64,000 nucleotides of DNA from NCBI RefSeq assembly GCF_006345805.1, contig NC_042998.1, positions 176,824,001-176,888,000 of the forward strand, given 5' to 3'. The translations under genes and the position numbers were made by a program. The notes under the pieces are model-generated. The model was not told the origin of the DNA. It did no database searches and was given only the letters and a program-made list of their open reading frames with translations. The stretch is from Octopus sinensis. Lineage: Eukaryota. Shown here piece after piece: positions 25,308 to 38,504 of this stretch (position 1 is its first letter; each line of letters begins with the position of its first letter).

Positions 25308-26075
25308 CTAGCAGAGATACCCGGCGTTGCCCGGCGTTGCCCGGCGTTGCCCGGCGTTGCCCGGCGTTGCCCGGTTACATTTAATTGAAGAATTAGACTT
25401 TTTTGTTATATCTTCTGTAATGAACTGGAATATCTATGCTTCGAATTTCATCAAAATTGCAGATGAGGGTTATTTCCCTCTTTACACACCCTAAAAAAAT
25501 TGTAATCGTGCCACATGTATCCAAGACACTTTTCGAAGGTGCTTTCCTCCATGTGTTCAAATCTTCTTTTTTCTCTACATTGTATACTTAATTTAATTTT
25601 TTATTATCCATTTGGACTATTCCATTTCTGCACGCTAATTTTATTTTTAATTTATTCCCATTCATGTGAAACCACTTATTCAAGTTCAAGTCATTGATGC
25701 AATTTTATACCAATTGCTATTTTTACTTTTGTTATGTTAGAATTATATTATACTTTAGTTTGATTTTAATTATTACTTATTACATATAATTCAATTGTTA
25801 TTATTATTTTTATTGTTAAAGTGAAAGCATCTGACATAAAATAGAGAAATGTTTTTGTTTCACTTTTAACACGTAATACTGAAATAGTGGAGAAGATATG
25901 ATATTGCCATGGGCTCGCTCTAGGCAAGAAGTTGAACATTTTTTCCCATGAAACTACATGGACCCTAAGTAAGGCATGTGTAAAATTTGAATGAAATTGG
26001 TTGTGTAGTTCTCAAGTTTTAGGGAAACACACAGACAGACAGACACACATTCTCAGTTTTATATATAGAGAGAGA
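25308..26075 (-). mobile_element. Non-autonomous Helitron (~770 bp)
   Basis: Minus 5' A|TCTCTCTCTATATATAAAACTGAG at 26075; 3' (gcaacgccgg)x5-gtatctctg-CTAG|T ending at 25308. Confidence 0.85.
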
Positions 26076-26077
26076 TA

Positions 26078-26140
<63 letters not shown>

Positions 26141-26199
26141 TGCGATAGTGCGTGTGTAAGACAAAGAATGAAGAATTAAATTCTTATATAACTTTATTC

Positions 26200-26340
26200 A
26201 TTTACGGACGTTTCGAATGGCTTGAGGAACAGTTTCCACACTATACAATGACTTGTATGCACAAATCATTCAGTAATTTAACTGATTAATCAATTGTTTA
26301 ACGGAACGGTTATCCTCCAATCATTCTCATCAGTGCTTGA
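26200..26340 (-). ncRNA. Hammerhead-like motif with ~100-nt loop II insertion (degenerate stem I)
   Basis: CUGAUGA-GAAUG...CAUUC-GAAAC-GUC: canonical core and 5-bp stem II. Confidence 0.45.
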
Positions 26341-27039
26341 AATTTATTATGGTTAAATTTTCGGATTCTGCTACAAACAAAGCTTTTCGGAAGTGGGTTT
26401 GCAGATCACACACATTTCAAGTTATCTTTCTTAATCCATTGCATGTTTGCCCAACTTACAGTCCTGGGAGATCAACGTGTCGTTTAGTGTTGGAGTATGT
26501 TAGCCCGTGAGAATGTAGGTTTGAGAAGATTACTCATATCAAACAGCTTTACTCGCTGGCCAGTCTTTAGTAGATGAGTATTTAAAGTAGCTAGAAAGGG
26601 TGTGAAAGAAAGTCAACTGGATGCATAATAACTGTATGCAGAATTTATAAGTACCCACCTCTCTGTTTCGTCCGAGATAAATCAAGTTTAACACAGTTAA
26701 AGTGTATTTAAACTGAATAAGGCTAAGTGCAATAGCTAAGGATAAGATTAAAGATGAAAAATTAGTAAAAGAGTATTTGGTATATTTCATAGAAGGTGAA
26801 TGAAGGAAGAGAAGGAATCTCTAATAAGATATTGATTTTATTTATACAATGGTTAGTAAATTATGCGGGGTTTTTGTGTGAACATTTTAAAAATGCTTTG
26901 TTTAAATAAGTGAGACAAGCGAAATAATAACTCGTTACATTGTTAATTAGGTTGGATTTATAATTGAGTAATTAAAGTGTCTTTACTGACAACAAATTAC
27001 AGCTTTCACCGCCCACTCTATAAAGAAGGACACTACTTC

Positions 27040-27130
27040 TAATGGACTACGAAAGAGAATGGTCTATAATCCTCCCTATGAGCTTGGCTAGCGACTTGCA
27101 ATTTATTTTCTTATGTATTTAATAGTGAAT
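27040..27130 (+). pseudogene. Possible Penelope-like linker relic
   Basis: RKRMVYNPPY resembles the PLE RKR.IIW.NPPY motif. Confidence 0.3.
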
Positions 27131-27487
27131 GTGGTTATATGGTCTTGGATTTCATTTCGGAAGATCCTATGTAATAACAGACATTATCAGGTGCTTTGAC
27201 CACGCATATATATATATATATATCTTTCCTAAGGCACAAGTTACCTACGAGGCATTTGTTGCAATTCCTAAGTCATCCATTCTATTATGTTTGCAGTCGT
27301 AGGAGGCCATATTATTTATTCTATAAGTGCTATTGTTATTACTCAGAAGAGATACTAAAATATTATTATCCCCATTATCAACACCTGTTAAAGGTAGACC
27401 CATATTGGCTTATGCACTCTGAATAAAGACACTACGTTCATTCTTTCTGAAGGAGTTGAGTTTTCTAAAGTTAATAGCTGCTATAAT

Positions 27488-27900
27488 AGTCGTAGGAGTG
27501 GCTGTGTGGTAAGTAGCTTGCTTACCAACCGCATAGTTCCGGGTTCAGTCCCACTGCGTGGCACCTTTGGCAAGTGTCTTCTACTATAGCCTCGGGCCGA
27601 CCAAAGCCTTGTGAGTGGATTTGGTAGACGGAAACTGAAAGAAGCCCGTCGTATATATGTAATTATATATATATGTGTGTGCGTGTATGTTTGTGTGTCT
27701 GTGTTTGTCCCCCTAGCATTGCTTGACAACCGATGCTGGTGTGTTTATGTCCCCGTCACTTAGCGGTTCGGCAAAAGAGACCGATAGAATAAGTACTGGG
27801 CTTACAAAGAATAAGTCCCGGGGTCGAGTTGCTCGATTAAAGGCGGTGCTCCAGCATGGCCGCAGTCAAATGACTGAAACAAGTAAAAGAGTAAAGAGTA
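27488..27900 (+). mobile_element. SINE family A
   Basis: Full-length match. Confidence 0.9.
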
Positions 27901-28199
27901 TAATATCCGCTTATTTAGGTCAACTGGAATATGCACACTGGACGGTATGCATATTGGTATTTTACTATATCTGCTAGAGGTGGAGAAATATCTGTCTAAC
28001 ACCTTGAAGAAAATTTCTAGGATGTCTGTGATTGCGCGGATTCTGAATGGAGCTTTATATCACGCAATCGTTCTATTGCATGCTTTATTTCTCCTAAATT
28101 TGTTATAATGATTTACATTGATATAGTTATTTCTATGTATATTAGTTCCCTCATGGTTGCACGAAGAATTGTGATTGTTTCCTTGGTTAAACTCCTCGT

Positions 28200-28700
28200 T
28201 GCTACGCTTAGTCCTTTTACTTGTGCTTATTTGGTGCCTAATCTGTAAATTATCTAGATATTTTCTGGGGCTTTCACTGGAAACAATAGAGTTATTTAGA
28301 CAATTTATCTTTTTGATTGGAAGATAATCTTTATTACTCGCTGTGTGACTCTCTTCTTATTTTTCATACCATTATCCTGGTTACAAGCAATCCTATTCCC
28401 ATGTCCATTGCTATAATCATTCGTATTGCCATGATTTTTATTACTTCTATGCACCAGTGATCGTATTCTACTATCCATAGGCGTTTTCACAGTATTTACA
28501 TCGGAAATATATACTGCTCTAGCTGAAACGGCGTTGGCCTTGATATTCTAAACGGGTTACTACTACGACTGGAATTAATAATAACTCTTGGATGGTTGGA
28601 TTTTCGCTTGATGTATTGGAGGTTCTCATTGGATTAATGGTAAGGATGATAAAATGATAAAGTCATTTAAAGTATTAGATATATCTTTGTTCGTCTTCGT
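28200..28700 (-). pseudogene. Decayed Penelope-like RT C-terminal region
   Basis: HPYH*SNENLQYIKRKSNHPRVII matches the PLE PY.KPN....YI...SNHP..II motif. Confidence 0.5.
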
Positions 28701-28974
28701 TATTCAAATACATGGCAGTAGTCAAATGTGTGTGTGTGCGTGTGTGTATGTGTGTATACACTTTGAATCATTTGAAAAATTCAAGAGACGAAACCGGAAT
28801 ACTTCTTTAAGTAATTATGGCTTTTAGCTTACATAAAACTGATATTGAGCATGTTATGAATATTTTTTTGTTTGTTATCCTTCCAAATAAACATGCCCAG
28901 ATAAACGCACGTACAAACACACAAATACACACACTCATTGACTCTCTCTCTCCCCACACACATACGCATATCTA

Positions 28975-29235
28975 TGTCTCTTCTGTTTTTTAATTATTAT
29001 AAATCTTCCACTGAGGAGGGAGCCGGTTTCCAATAAAGATACAAGACTCCATCTTTGGGATGTAGTTAACACAGACAAATTCACATTTGGAACTTGAGAA
29101 AAGTCTTGCATATTTTTACTGTTCCACTCACAGATTGCACTTGTAATATACAAATTAGCCGGTCGATTTCTCTTTCTGAAAATCCCAGTTTATCCAGATT
29201 CTCCTTTAAGCATTTACTAATAAAATCTAGTGCTT
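28975..29235 (-). mobile_element. 3' end of an RLE-type non-LTR retrotransposon
   Basis: Minus peptide ALDFISKCLKENLDKLGFSEREIDRLICILQVQSVSGTVKICKTFLKF* resembles RLE-LINE C-termini; a 3' UTR follows. Confidence 0.6.
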
Positions 29236-29481
29236 GAATTATTATTAGTATGAATATGAATTCATAGTCTGAATATAGAAGCTGGAGGTTTCGAAGCAGT
29301 TGTGCATAGATATCCTCTTTTCCATTGATTCTCAAAGAGATATTTATATCTGCAGGGCAGGTGACCTCTATGATTGTACATACCTTTGCCCCTCTGTCCC
29401 AAACATGTACGTATGTATGTATATACGTATAGTTATGTATGTTTGTATGTATATGTACATTTATGTATGTATGTATGCATG

Positions 29482-29512
<31 letters not shown>

Positions 29513-29524
29513 GTGTGTATGTAT

Positions 29525-29770
29525 GTCTCTTCTAATTTTTAATTATTATAAATCTTCCACTAAGAAGGGAGCCGGTTTCCAACAAAGATACAAGTCTCCC
29601 TCTTTGGGATGTAGTTAACACAGACAAATTCAATTTGGAACTTGAGAAAAGCCTTGTATATTTTTACTGTTCCACTCACAAATTGGACTTGTAATGTACG
29701 AATCAGCCGGTCAATTTCTCATTCTGAAAATCCCAGTTTATCTAGATTCTCCTTTGTATTTAAATGCGTG
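29525..29770 (-). mobile_element. 3' end of the same RLE-type family
   Basis: Homologous to 28975-29235; abuts (TATG)n at 29400-29525. Confidence 0.6.
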
Positions 29771-30543
29771 ATGAATAACACTACGACAATCATATCCGAC
29801 ACCACTATAGCCGTAACATTAATTAAAGAAAGAAAAAACAACACCACATTTTCAACGTCTTTTCCACTGCTGTCTTCGTCGTCGTCATCGTCACCACCAT
29901 CGCCACCGCTTCCACCGCCACCGCCACCATCATCATCATGACCATTTATTACATGTCATCGTTCACTGTCTGTAACTCTGATTGTCTCACCGGCTTCTAA
30001 CAATTTGCCAGTCTGACTCTTCCGGGTTGCTGCTGCTGCTGTTAATGATCATGATACTTATGCTGCTGCTGCTTATCCTGCTACCGCTGCTGATGTCAAT
30101 GCAGCTCTTGCTAGTCTCGTTTGCTATGCAGATCTTGTGATTGTAGCTTTGTTATTTTAGACCAACTGAAACCTTGGATCAAGCAAACGTATGATCAAAG
30201 GCGTTTCAGTCGTGACTATCATAGGCTTTTTAAAGAGCATTTAGGATTACACACCTAATATGCTCTAATGTGATTTGAGAAATATTTGGCTGCCATTTCT
30301 TGCAAGTCGAGCAAATAGCGTAGAGATTCCTTCGATGATTTTTTATCCCATAATTTTATAAATTCAAATTACGATGAACGTAAACAAACAAACGAAGTTT
30401 GCTTAAGAAGTGTTGAGATGTCTTAGAAAGTTAAAGAAGTGATTTTTTTTTAAATTCTCAAACGCAGGATAATGCTAATAATATAGCCTGAACTGGATAA
30501 GCTACCCCGATATTGCAGAAAAAAGTGATGGCAACCGGCTATA

Positions 30544-30799
30544 TATATTACATACATATAAGGGGGATGGCCACTACGTGGACATCTATTATGCTAGAAG
30601 TAGATCCGCTATGGTTTTAGCAATAAGAAAGGAATGTTCTCAAGAAAATTTAGCAAACAAAATATACGTTCTGGGTTACGTTCTGGTGTTTGCTAAATTT
30701 TCATGAGAACATTCCTTTCTTAGTGGTAAGACTATAGCGGATCTACTTCTAGTATAATGGATTTCCACGTAGTGGTCATCCCCTCTTATATGTAATATA
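30544..30799. mobile_element. Foldback/MITE hairpin (~110-bp arms, ~30-nt spacer), possibly Kolobok-like
   Basis: Left arm agggggatggccactacgtgg..aaaatttagcaaaca is the reverse complement of right arm tgtttgctaaatttt..ccacgtagtggtcatcccct. Flanks are ATAA/TTAT. Confidence 0.8.
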
Positions 30800-30917
30800 A
30801 TTTTTCTGAATCTTCAGATTTTAATTTGCTAGACCACTGGTTTTAAATTGATATTAATCAAATTAATATTCAATTTTCACCCTTATTATTTTAAATTTAA
30901 ATTTTTATATATATATC

Positions 30918-31205
30918 AGTCTCTTTTGCCGAACCGCTAAGTTACGGGGACGTAAACACACCACCATCGGTTGTCAAGTGATGTTGGGGGTGGACAAACA
31001 CACACTCAAACATATATACACATACATATATATATATACATATATACAACGGGCTTCTTTCAGTTTCCGCCAACCAAATCCACTCGAGGTTTTGGTCGGC
31101 CCCAGGCTATAGTAGAAAACACTTGCCCAAGGTGCCACGCAGTGGGAATGAACCCGGAACCATGTGGTTGGTAAGCAAGCTACTTACCACACACCCACTC
31201 CTGCA
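30918..31205 (-). mobile_element. SINE family A, 3'-truncated
   Basis: Head plus partial tail on the minus strand. Confidence 0.8.
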
Positions 31206-31231
31206 CCAAAATATATATATATATATATATA

Positions 31232-31457
31232 TGTCCGTGTGTGTCTGTGTTTGTCTCCTCAACATCACTTGACAACCGATGCTGGTGTGTGTACGTCCCC
31301 GTAACTTAGCGGTTCGGCAAAAGGGGGGAACCGATAAAATAAGTACTAGGCTTACAAAGAATAAGTCCAGGGATCGATTCGCTCGACTAAAGGCGGTGCT
31401 CCAGCATGGCCACAGTCAAATGACTTGAAACAAGTAAAAGAGTAAAAGAGTAAAGAG
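31232..31457 (+). mobile_element. SINE family A, 3' half
   Basis: Tail region match. Confidence 0.8.
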
Positions 31458-31859
31458 TGATAGTCATAGGCATCTTCTAGCCGTGCCCTCCCACTTTAAG
31501 ACAGATATGATTTGAGGCCATATGGTTTGTTATGTCCAGTGAGTCGCACAACCACGATGCTCGATCGTTACTTAGTTATTAACGACGATGTTTTTGCCGC
31601 TGCTGTTGTCGCTGTTATGACTGGTGTTGTATAGCTGTTGTTGTTGCCGCCGACGACGCTGCTGCTGCTGCTGTGCTGCTGCTATTACAGTTGTTGTTGC
31701 TGCTGCTGCTGCTATTGTTATGACTCAATGACTCATCAATATGTGTACGTGAAGATGTATATGACATTTTTTGACTGAGTCTAAAAGCGTATAAAGTTGT
31801 TTGTGTGGTGTATGTTATGTTTATATACGTGCGTTAGGTTACGTAATTTTGTATGTTTG

Positions 31860-32190
31860 CTCGTTTGTGTTTGTGTGTGTGTGAGAGAGAGAGAGAGTGA
31901 GTGTGTGTGTGTGTGGTGTGAGAGAGAGAGAGTGTGTGTGTATATGCCAGTGTGAGCATGTCTGTGAGAGAGAAAAAGAGTATGTGAGAGAGAGAGAGAG
32001 AGAGAGTGTGTGTGTGTATATGTCAGTGAGAGTGTGAGCATGTCTGTGAGAGAGAAAAAGAGTGTGTATGTGAGAGAGAGAGAGAGTGTGTGTGTGTATA
32101 TGTCAGTGTGAGCATGTCTGTGAGAGAGAAAAAGAGTGTGTATGTGTGAGAGAGAGAGAGAGAGAGTGAGTGTGTATGTGTGTTTGTATG
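31860..32190. repeat. ~70-bp higher-order GA/GT tandem repeat, 3 copies
   Basis: gtgtgagcatgtctgtgagagagaaaaagagt recurs near 31950, 32030 and 32105. Confidence 0.85.
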
Positions 32191-32513
32191 CACAAATATA
32201 AAGTTGTTTAAAGTTATTCCATTGTGTGTTTGTATGTCTCCGTTTATTAGACTGTATATGATAATTTTGTTGGGTGACCATGAGTGCAGAATTGTGAGAT
32301 GTTTGAATACGCAAGCTTCAAGCCGTTCATGAGATTTTTGTATATTAAAACTGAGTTAACTTGTATGTGATGTTTGTCTATGCATTTATCCACGAGTGTT
32401 TGTGTCAGTCCATACGGAATCCTTGAGTACCTGTGTGAAGTTGTGTGCTGTATGTGTATCTGTTAGGCTACGTATATATATACATACATAATATATATAT
32501 ATATATATATATA

Positions 32514-32597
<84 letters not shown>

Positions 32598-32600
<3 letters not shown>

Positions 32601-32964
32601 GCAGTATCGCCTGGCGTTGCTCAGGTTTGTTTCGACACTTTAGAATTGGAATTTTGAAAAGTAAAAATTTTGCCTTATGTGGACTTGTTATTCTCTTTAA
32701 GTGAACAATTTTCTGGTTGAAATACCCCGAAAAATGGTGACACAGTAGTCAAAAAATCGCAAAAAAATAGGGATTTTCATAGAAAAAAACAGCTTTGTGA
32801 TGTAAATAATTTTTGGTGTTAAGATGGTCCGATCTGAGCAAGCCTTCTTCTAACATACTCTCAATTTTGGTCAACTTGCGCCGCAGGGTCTCGGAGGAGA
32901 TAGTGTTAGTTGAAGGCTACCAAACCTGCCATACACAGACAACTTCAGCTTTATATATATATAT
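32598..32964 (-). mobile_element. Non-autonomous Helitron, second copy of the 1029-1420 family
   Basis: High similarity along its length; terminal CTAG mutated to CTAT; both ends lie in (TA)n. Confidence 0.75.
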
Positions 32965-33179
32965 ACGTTTGACATATAAAGTTGTGTAAAGTTTTGTTTG
33001 TTAGTGTGTGTGCTTGTGCATTTGCGTGTGTGTATGTTGTGTGAAGTTGTAAATAAGACTTTCCATTGAGCATTTGTTCAATGATGTGCGCGTATCTATG
33101 TTTCTGTTTGTGTGCCAAAACTGTTTATGACATTTTAGGCTGAGCATCTATGTAAAGTTGTGCGCGTGCTGTCTGTGTG

Positions 33180-33203
33180 TGAAAGAGAGAGAAAAAGATA
33201 GAG

Positions 33204-33284
<81 letters not shown>

Positions 33285-34910
33285 TTGTAACTGAGATTTT
33301 AGACGAGTCACTGTTTAGCAAAGGTGGTGTGTGTACTTGTGAATGTTTGGGTGTCAGACTGTAGGATATATGAGATTTTTGGCTCAGTGACTGTGTAAAG
33401 TAGAGTAGAAAATGAGAGAATGATCTACAAAGAGGTAGAAAGCGACTTACTGTAAAAGAAAGAGAGATAGAAAAGAGCCGATAGGAGTGTTGGAGAAACT
33501 AATCAAAGAATTAGAAGATGCGAGACAGGTCAAAAGAGAACAAAAGATGTGCAAACAAAGAGAAAAGGAAAGAGTGAGATATAGAATGAAATGAGAGAAA
33601 GATAGAATGGTGAAGAGAAAAGAAGAGTCTAAATAAACAAACGGATAATTAGAAGTGGTGGGTGGAGTAAGCGGTAAGAGAACCGTTAGAGAGAAAGAGG
33701 GACAGAAGGAAAGAGAGAGAGGGGCGGAGGGAAAGAGGGGTTGAGGAGAGGGAAAAGAGAAGGAGTGAGTGGGAGGAAAAGACAGATAGAAGGAGAAAGA
33801 GAGAGAGTGAGGAAAAGAGAGGGAAAGACAGGGGGAGGAAGAGAGGAACAGAGAGAGGAAAGTGAGGTGACAGAGGGAGACAGACAGGATATACGGACGA
33901 TAAACAGATGAACAATGAGTAGAAGGAAGAGGTGATGAAAAAGGAGGGAGGGAGAGAGTACGTATGCTGACGATATAGGTAGACGATGAGAAAGAAGTGT
34001 AAACAGAAAGGGGAAGGAGGAAAGACGGTAAAGAAAATGGTTGTAGACAGACGATAAATGAGACGAAGAAAAAGATGTAAATAGGGAGGAGGTACGAGAC
34101 AGGGATGAAAAATATCTGTGAATGACGGCGTAAACAGAGAGGGAGAGCGGGTGAGATTTGGAAAAGACGGGTGGTAGTATATATATATATAGAGAGAGAG
34201 AGAAAGAGAAAGAGAGGGGAAGAAAAGTAGAGAGAGAAAGAGAAAGAGAGGGGAAGAAAAGTAGAGAGAGAAAGAGAAAGAGAGGGGAAGAAAAGTAGAG
34301 AGAGAGAGAGATGTAAGCTGAAAGAAGGCTTGAAAAGAAATTTTAAAAAATGGGAAACAATGTGAAGTGAAGGATGACAGAATGAAATAAAGGAAAGAGA
34401 GGGGGTAGGAGAATTGTAAGGGAGAGAGAGAATTAAAGATAAAGAAGCACAAAAGAATAAACGACAGCAAGGAGAAGACAAAGGAGAGGGATGGTGGGAG
34501 GAGACAAAAGAGAAACATGTAAATAATAGAAGAGAGACAGGGAAAGAAAGAACGAAAGAGAGAGTATGAGAAGGAGAGTGAAAAGACAAAGAAGTTGGAC
34601 TGTATGTGTGCGTGTGTGTGTATGTGTGTGTATGTGTGTGTGAGTGTATTTTGATGAGGAAATAAAAGATGAGAAGTGTGGGGGGTAGGGTGGGGGGGGG
34701 GTGGTGGGTGGTGGTGAGCGTAAATTGAGAAAGGTGAGGATGTGTGAAACAAGAAGAATGTAAACATAAACAAAGAGAGGCAAACGTGGGATTGATAGCT
34801 AGCTAGCTAAATAGCTAGATAAGCAGATAGCTAGATAGACAGATAGCTTGATAGGCAGATAGCCAGGTAGCTTGATAACTAGATAGATTGCGAGGGCGGT
34901 AGCCAGGCAT

Positions 34911-34953
<43 letters not shown>

Positions 34954-35102
34954 ATCTGTCTGTCTGTCTGTCTTGTCTGTCTACTATCTATCTATCTATA
35001 TCTATCTATCTATCTATCTATAATTCTCTCTATCTATCTAATCGATCCATCTATCTATCTATCTATCTATCTATCATCGATCCATCTATCTATCTATCTA
35101 TC

Positions 35103-35148
<46 letters not shown>

Positions 35149-35176
35149 TATCTACAGACAGACAGACAGACAGATC

Positions 35177-35229
<53 letters not shown>

Positions 35230-35607
35230 GTGGCTAGATAGGTAGGAAGATAGATGGATAGAAAGAGAGAGAAGGAGAGTGAGAGAGAGAGACGGGGAGA
35301 AAGAGGGAGAAAGCAGGGGATATGAAGAGATGTATGAAGCAGAAGGAAACCATAAAAGTATGAGTAGTGAAAGAGAGAAAGAGTTTGTGTCCGTAATTAA
35401 GAAGGGTTATAGAAAAGTGGAGAGGAGTTATATGAAGGAGAAAGGAATAGAACGGAGAATGGATAAGAAAGAGAAAGACAGATCAGAAGAGTGAATGGTG
35501 AACAAAGAGCGAGAGAGTGCGGAGAGACGGGGAGAGGGGAGAGCGATAGGAAAGGGAAGAAGGAAAGAGAAAGAAAGAGAGTTTGTGTGTGTGCGTACGT
35601 ATGTGTG

Positions 35608-35669
<62 letters not shown>

Positions 35670-35769
35670 TGTCGCGAGGAAAGGGAATTGGAATGCACGA
35701 TGAAAGGAAAACAAAGAATGAGATAAAAGAGAGAAATGGAGAATGAAAAACGGAGACAAAGAATGAACT

Positions 35770-35800
<31 letters not shown>

Positions 35801-36780
35801 GTGGAAAAGAAAGAGAGACAGACAATGGAATACAAAGACAAAGGAAAGAAAGAGAGGAGCAGAGAGTGCAATGCAGTAATGAAAAGAGATGTGATGTGGT
35901 AGGATCTATGTGAGATGATGAAGATGAATGATAAAATTCTGATAAAAGTGTGAATGGAAGAAAAGAAGGTGCAAAAATAAATAAATAAATGAATAAATAA
36001 ATAAATAAATAAATAAATAAATGATAGATGTGAAGATATTGCGGAAATGAAGGTGGAAAATAAACAAAACATACAAGACAAAATAGATAAACAAATGGGA
36101 ATAAAAACATAAATAAGAAAAGTGAAATTTGATGATTTACAGGATTTAAAATCTGATTTTAATGGAAGGATTTGGTAGTAGAAAGTTTGACTTGAACTGG
36201 TGTCAATCAGAGACACGAAGAGTTGATGACTGTGGAAAGATGATAGAGAGTAGAAACGGGAGGGGAGAGAGAGGGAGAAAGAGAGAAACAAGGAGGAAGG
36301 GAGAGACGAACAGAGAGAGAGAGAGACAGAGAGGGAGGAAAGGAAAGGTGGTGAAAGATAGGGGAATATAAGGGAATGGGAGGGAGATGACAGGAAGGAA
36401 AGAAAGAGGAGAGAGAGAGAGAGAGATGGGGAGGAGGATGGAGAGAGTTGATCCGGAATGAGACGGAAGGAAAGAGAGAGAACGTGAGTGGTGAAAAGAC
36501 GCGACAGAGAGAGAAAGAATGAGAGAGAGAGAGCGAAAGAAAGAGGGAAGAGAGGTGTGTAAGACGGAAGGAAAGACAAAGAGAGAAGAGGAAAGAGTGT
36601 CGGAAGGAAAGTAAAGAAAGAAAACAAACTGAAAAGTAAAAACGATAAATCGAAATGAAGAATCAGAGAAAATAAAAATAAGGTGAAAAAAAAGAGATAA
36701 GAAGAAGGAGAAGGGAAAAAGAGATAATAAAATAGAGAGTATGTACGTACACATACTCATATACAGACACACATACTTGT
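33180..36780. repeat. ~3.6-kb purine-rich (GA) low-complexity domain with GATA/CTAT arrays
   Basis: Strong purine strand bias; ~30-bp unit x3 at 34190-34310; (CTAT)n/(ATAG)n at 34980-35230. Confidence 0.85.
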
Positions 36781-37012
36781 ATGACTGGGACTTTTAAGTA
36801 TCGCCCGTGGTTGCTTGACTCTACATAAACGCATCGAGTCCTTGCTTTAGAAAATGTTTGCTGGTCGCTCATACATGATATATGCATACAGAAACACGTA
36901 ACACACAACACAACACATACACACCACACACACCACACACAACACACACACACACACACAACACACACACACACCACACAACACACACCACACACACATA
37001 TATATATATATA

Positions 37013-37195
37013 GGGAAAGTTTACGAAAATAAACAAAAGACGAAGGCAGGTGGTGTACAAATAAACAAATGTATTAGTATAGCGCTCAGGAATAGAAAAA
37101 GTCTTTTACGTTTCGAGCCTACGCTCTTCCACAGAAAGATACACAGAAAAAAAGGAGAGAAAAAATGCGTGTAGTAGCTAACGATCTATCATACA
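37013..37195 (-). mobile_element. Penelope-LTR-like fragment with hammerhead-like motif
   Basis: Minus 37102-37139: UCUUU-CUGUGGA-A-GAGC-GUAG-GCUC-GAAAC-GUA-AAAGA. Confidence 0.6.
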
Positions 37196-37451
37196 CGCAT
37201 GTACATACACAGACACACACGCGAGCGCGAATTAGTGAACAAACAAAAGAAAAAGCATTCAACATATTTAGTAGGAGTTAGATGTATTATTTAAACCAGT
37301 TTGATTTGGTTCTATGCTACTTAAAGTTTCGAGGGTCTCTAACAGAAACACGTCTCTTTCAGGCTTAGATTACCGAATCAAACTCTCTTAAGTAATACAC
37401 TCGCGCCCTCGTGCGTTCAGACACACAAGCATACACACAGACAGACAGACA

Positions 37452-37504
<53 letters not shown>

Positions 37505-37529
37505 TAATACGAAGAGGAAAATAGAACTA

Positions 37530-38500
37530 ACACACCAAGCTCTCCATCCCCTATTCCCAGTTCCTCCGTCTATGCAGGCTCTGCAGTGACGACAATGACT
37601 TTGAGACTCAGTCTCAACTCATGGCTCACCACTTCATATCCTACGAGGATATCCCCTCACCGCTATCCACACTGCCCTTGCCAGAGCACGTTCCATGGAC
37701 CATGCATCTGCTCTCTCTCCCCCCCGCATCCGTCCCGCCGTCACTCGTCTCCCGTTTCCCCTCACCTACCACCCCAGTACCTTACATCTCGAACGCCCCA
37801 TTCTCCGAGCCTTCCGGCGACTCCAGTCCGACCCCTCCATTTCGCACATCTTCCCTAACTGACCTCTCCCTCCTTCAAACGAGCCCACAACCTACAAGAC
37901 CTCTTGGCCCATAGCTTCTTCCCTAACCCAACCTCCTAATCCGGCTCGTTCCCCTGCTCCTGCGCATGCTCCCGCACTTGTCCTTACCTCTCCATCACCA
38001 CCCTCCTCACAGGCACCCATCATCGACCCTATCATCACTGACTCCTTCACCTGCACTTCTAGCAACATCATCTACTGCCTCTCCTGCTCTCTCTGTCTTT
38101 CTCTGTACATCGGTCAAACGGGACGCCGCTTGGCTGACCGGTTCGCGGAACACATCCGAGACATCAAACTCGGCAGCGACACCCCGGTCTCGCGCCATTT
38201 CTGCTCTACCGGTCATTCTTTTCAACACCTGTGTTCGGATTGTCCTTGCATAGAGGCCATCCAGCCTCCCATCTTCGCCGTGAACAGGGATTAATCTTCT
38301 CTCTTCACTCCTTTGCGCCACATGGGCTCAACTCTTCTCCCCTCTTCATCTAACCCCCTCTTCTCTCTTCTCTTCCTCTCACACCTACTTCCTCACACCT
38401 TCCTCTCCTCTCTTGCTCTGACACCTACTTCCTCTTTTCACTCTTACCCACCTTCTCCCTTCCACGCTCCCCCTCCCACCTCCCTCGTTATCCCACCCCT
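37530..38500 (+). pseudogene. Penelope-like element fragment: RT thumb plus GIY-YIG endonuclease
   Basis: HTKLSIPYSQFLRLCRLCSDDNDF (37531) and FTCTSSNIIYCLSCSLCLSLYIGQTGRRLADRFAEHIRDI..PVSRHF..GHS (38031-38220). Confidence 0.9.
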
Positions 38501-38504
38501 AAAC

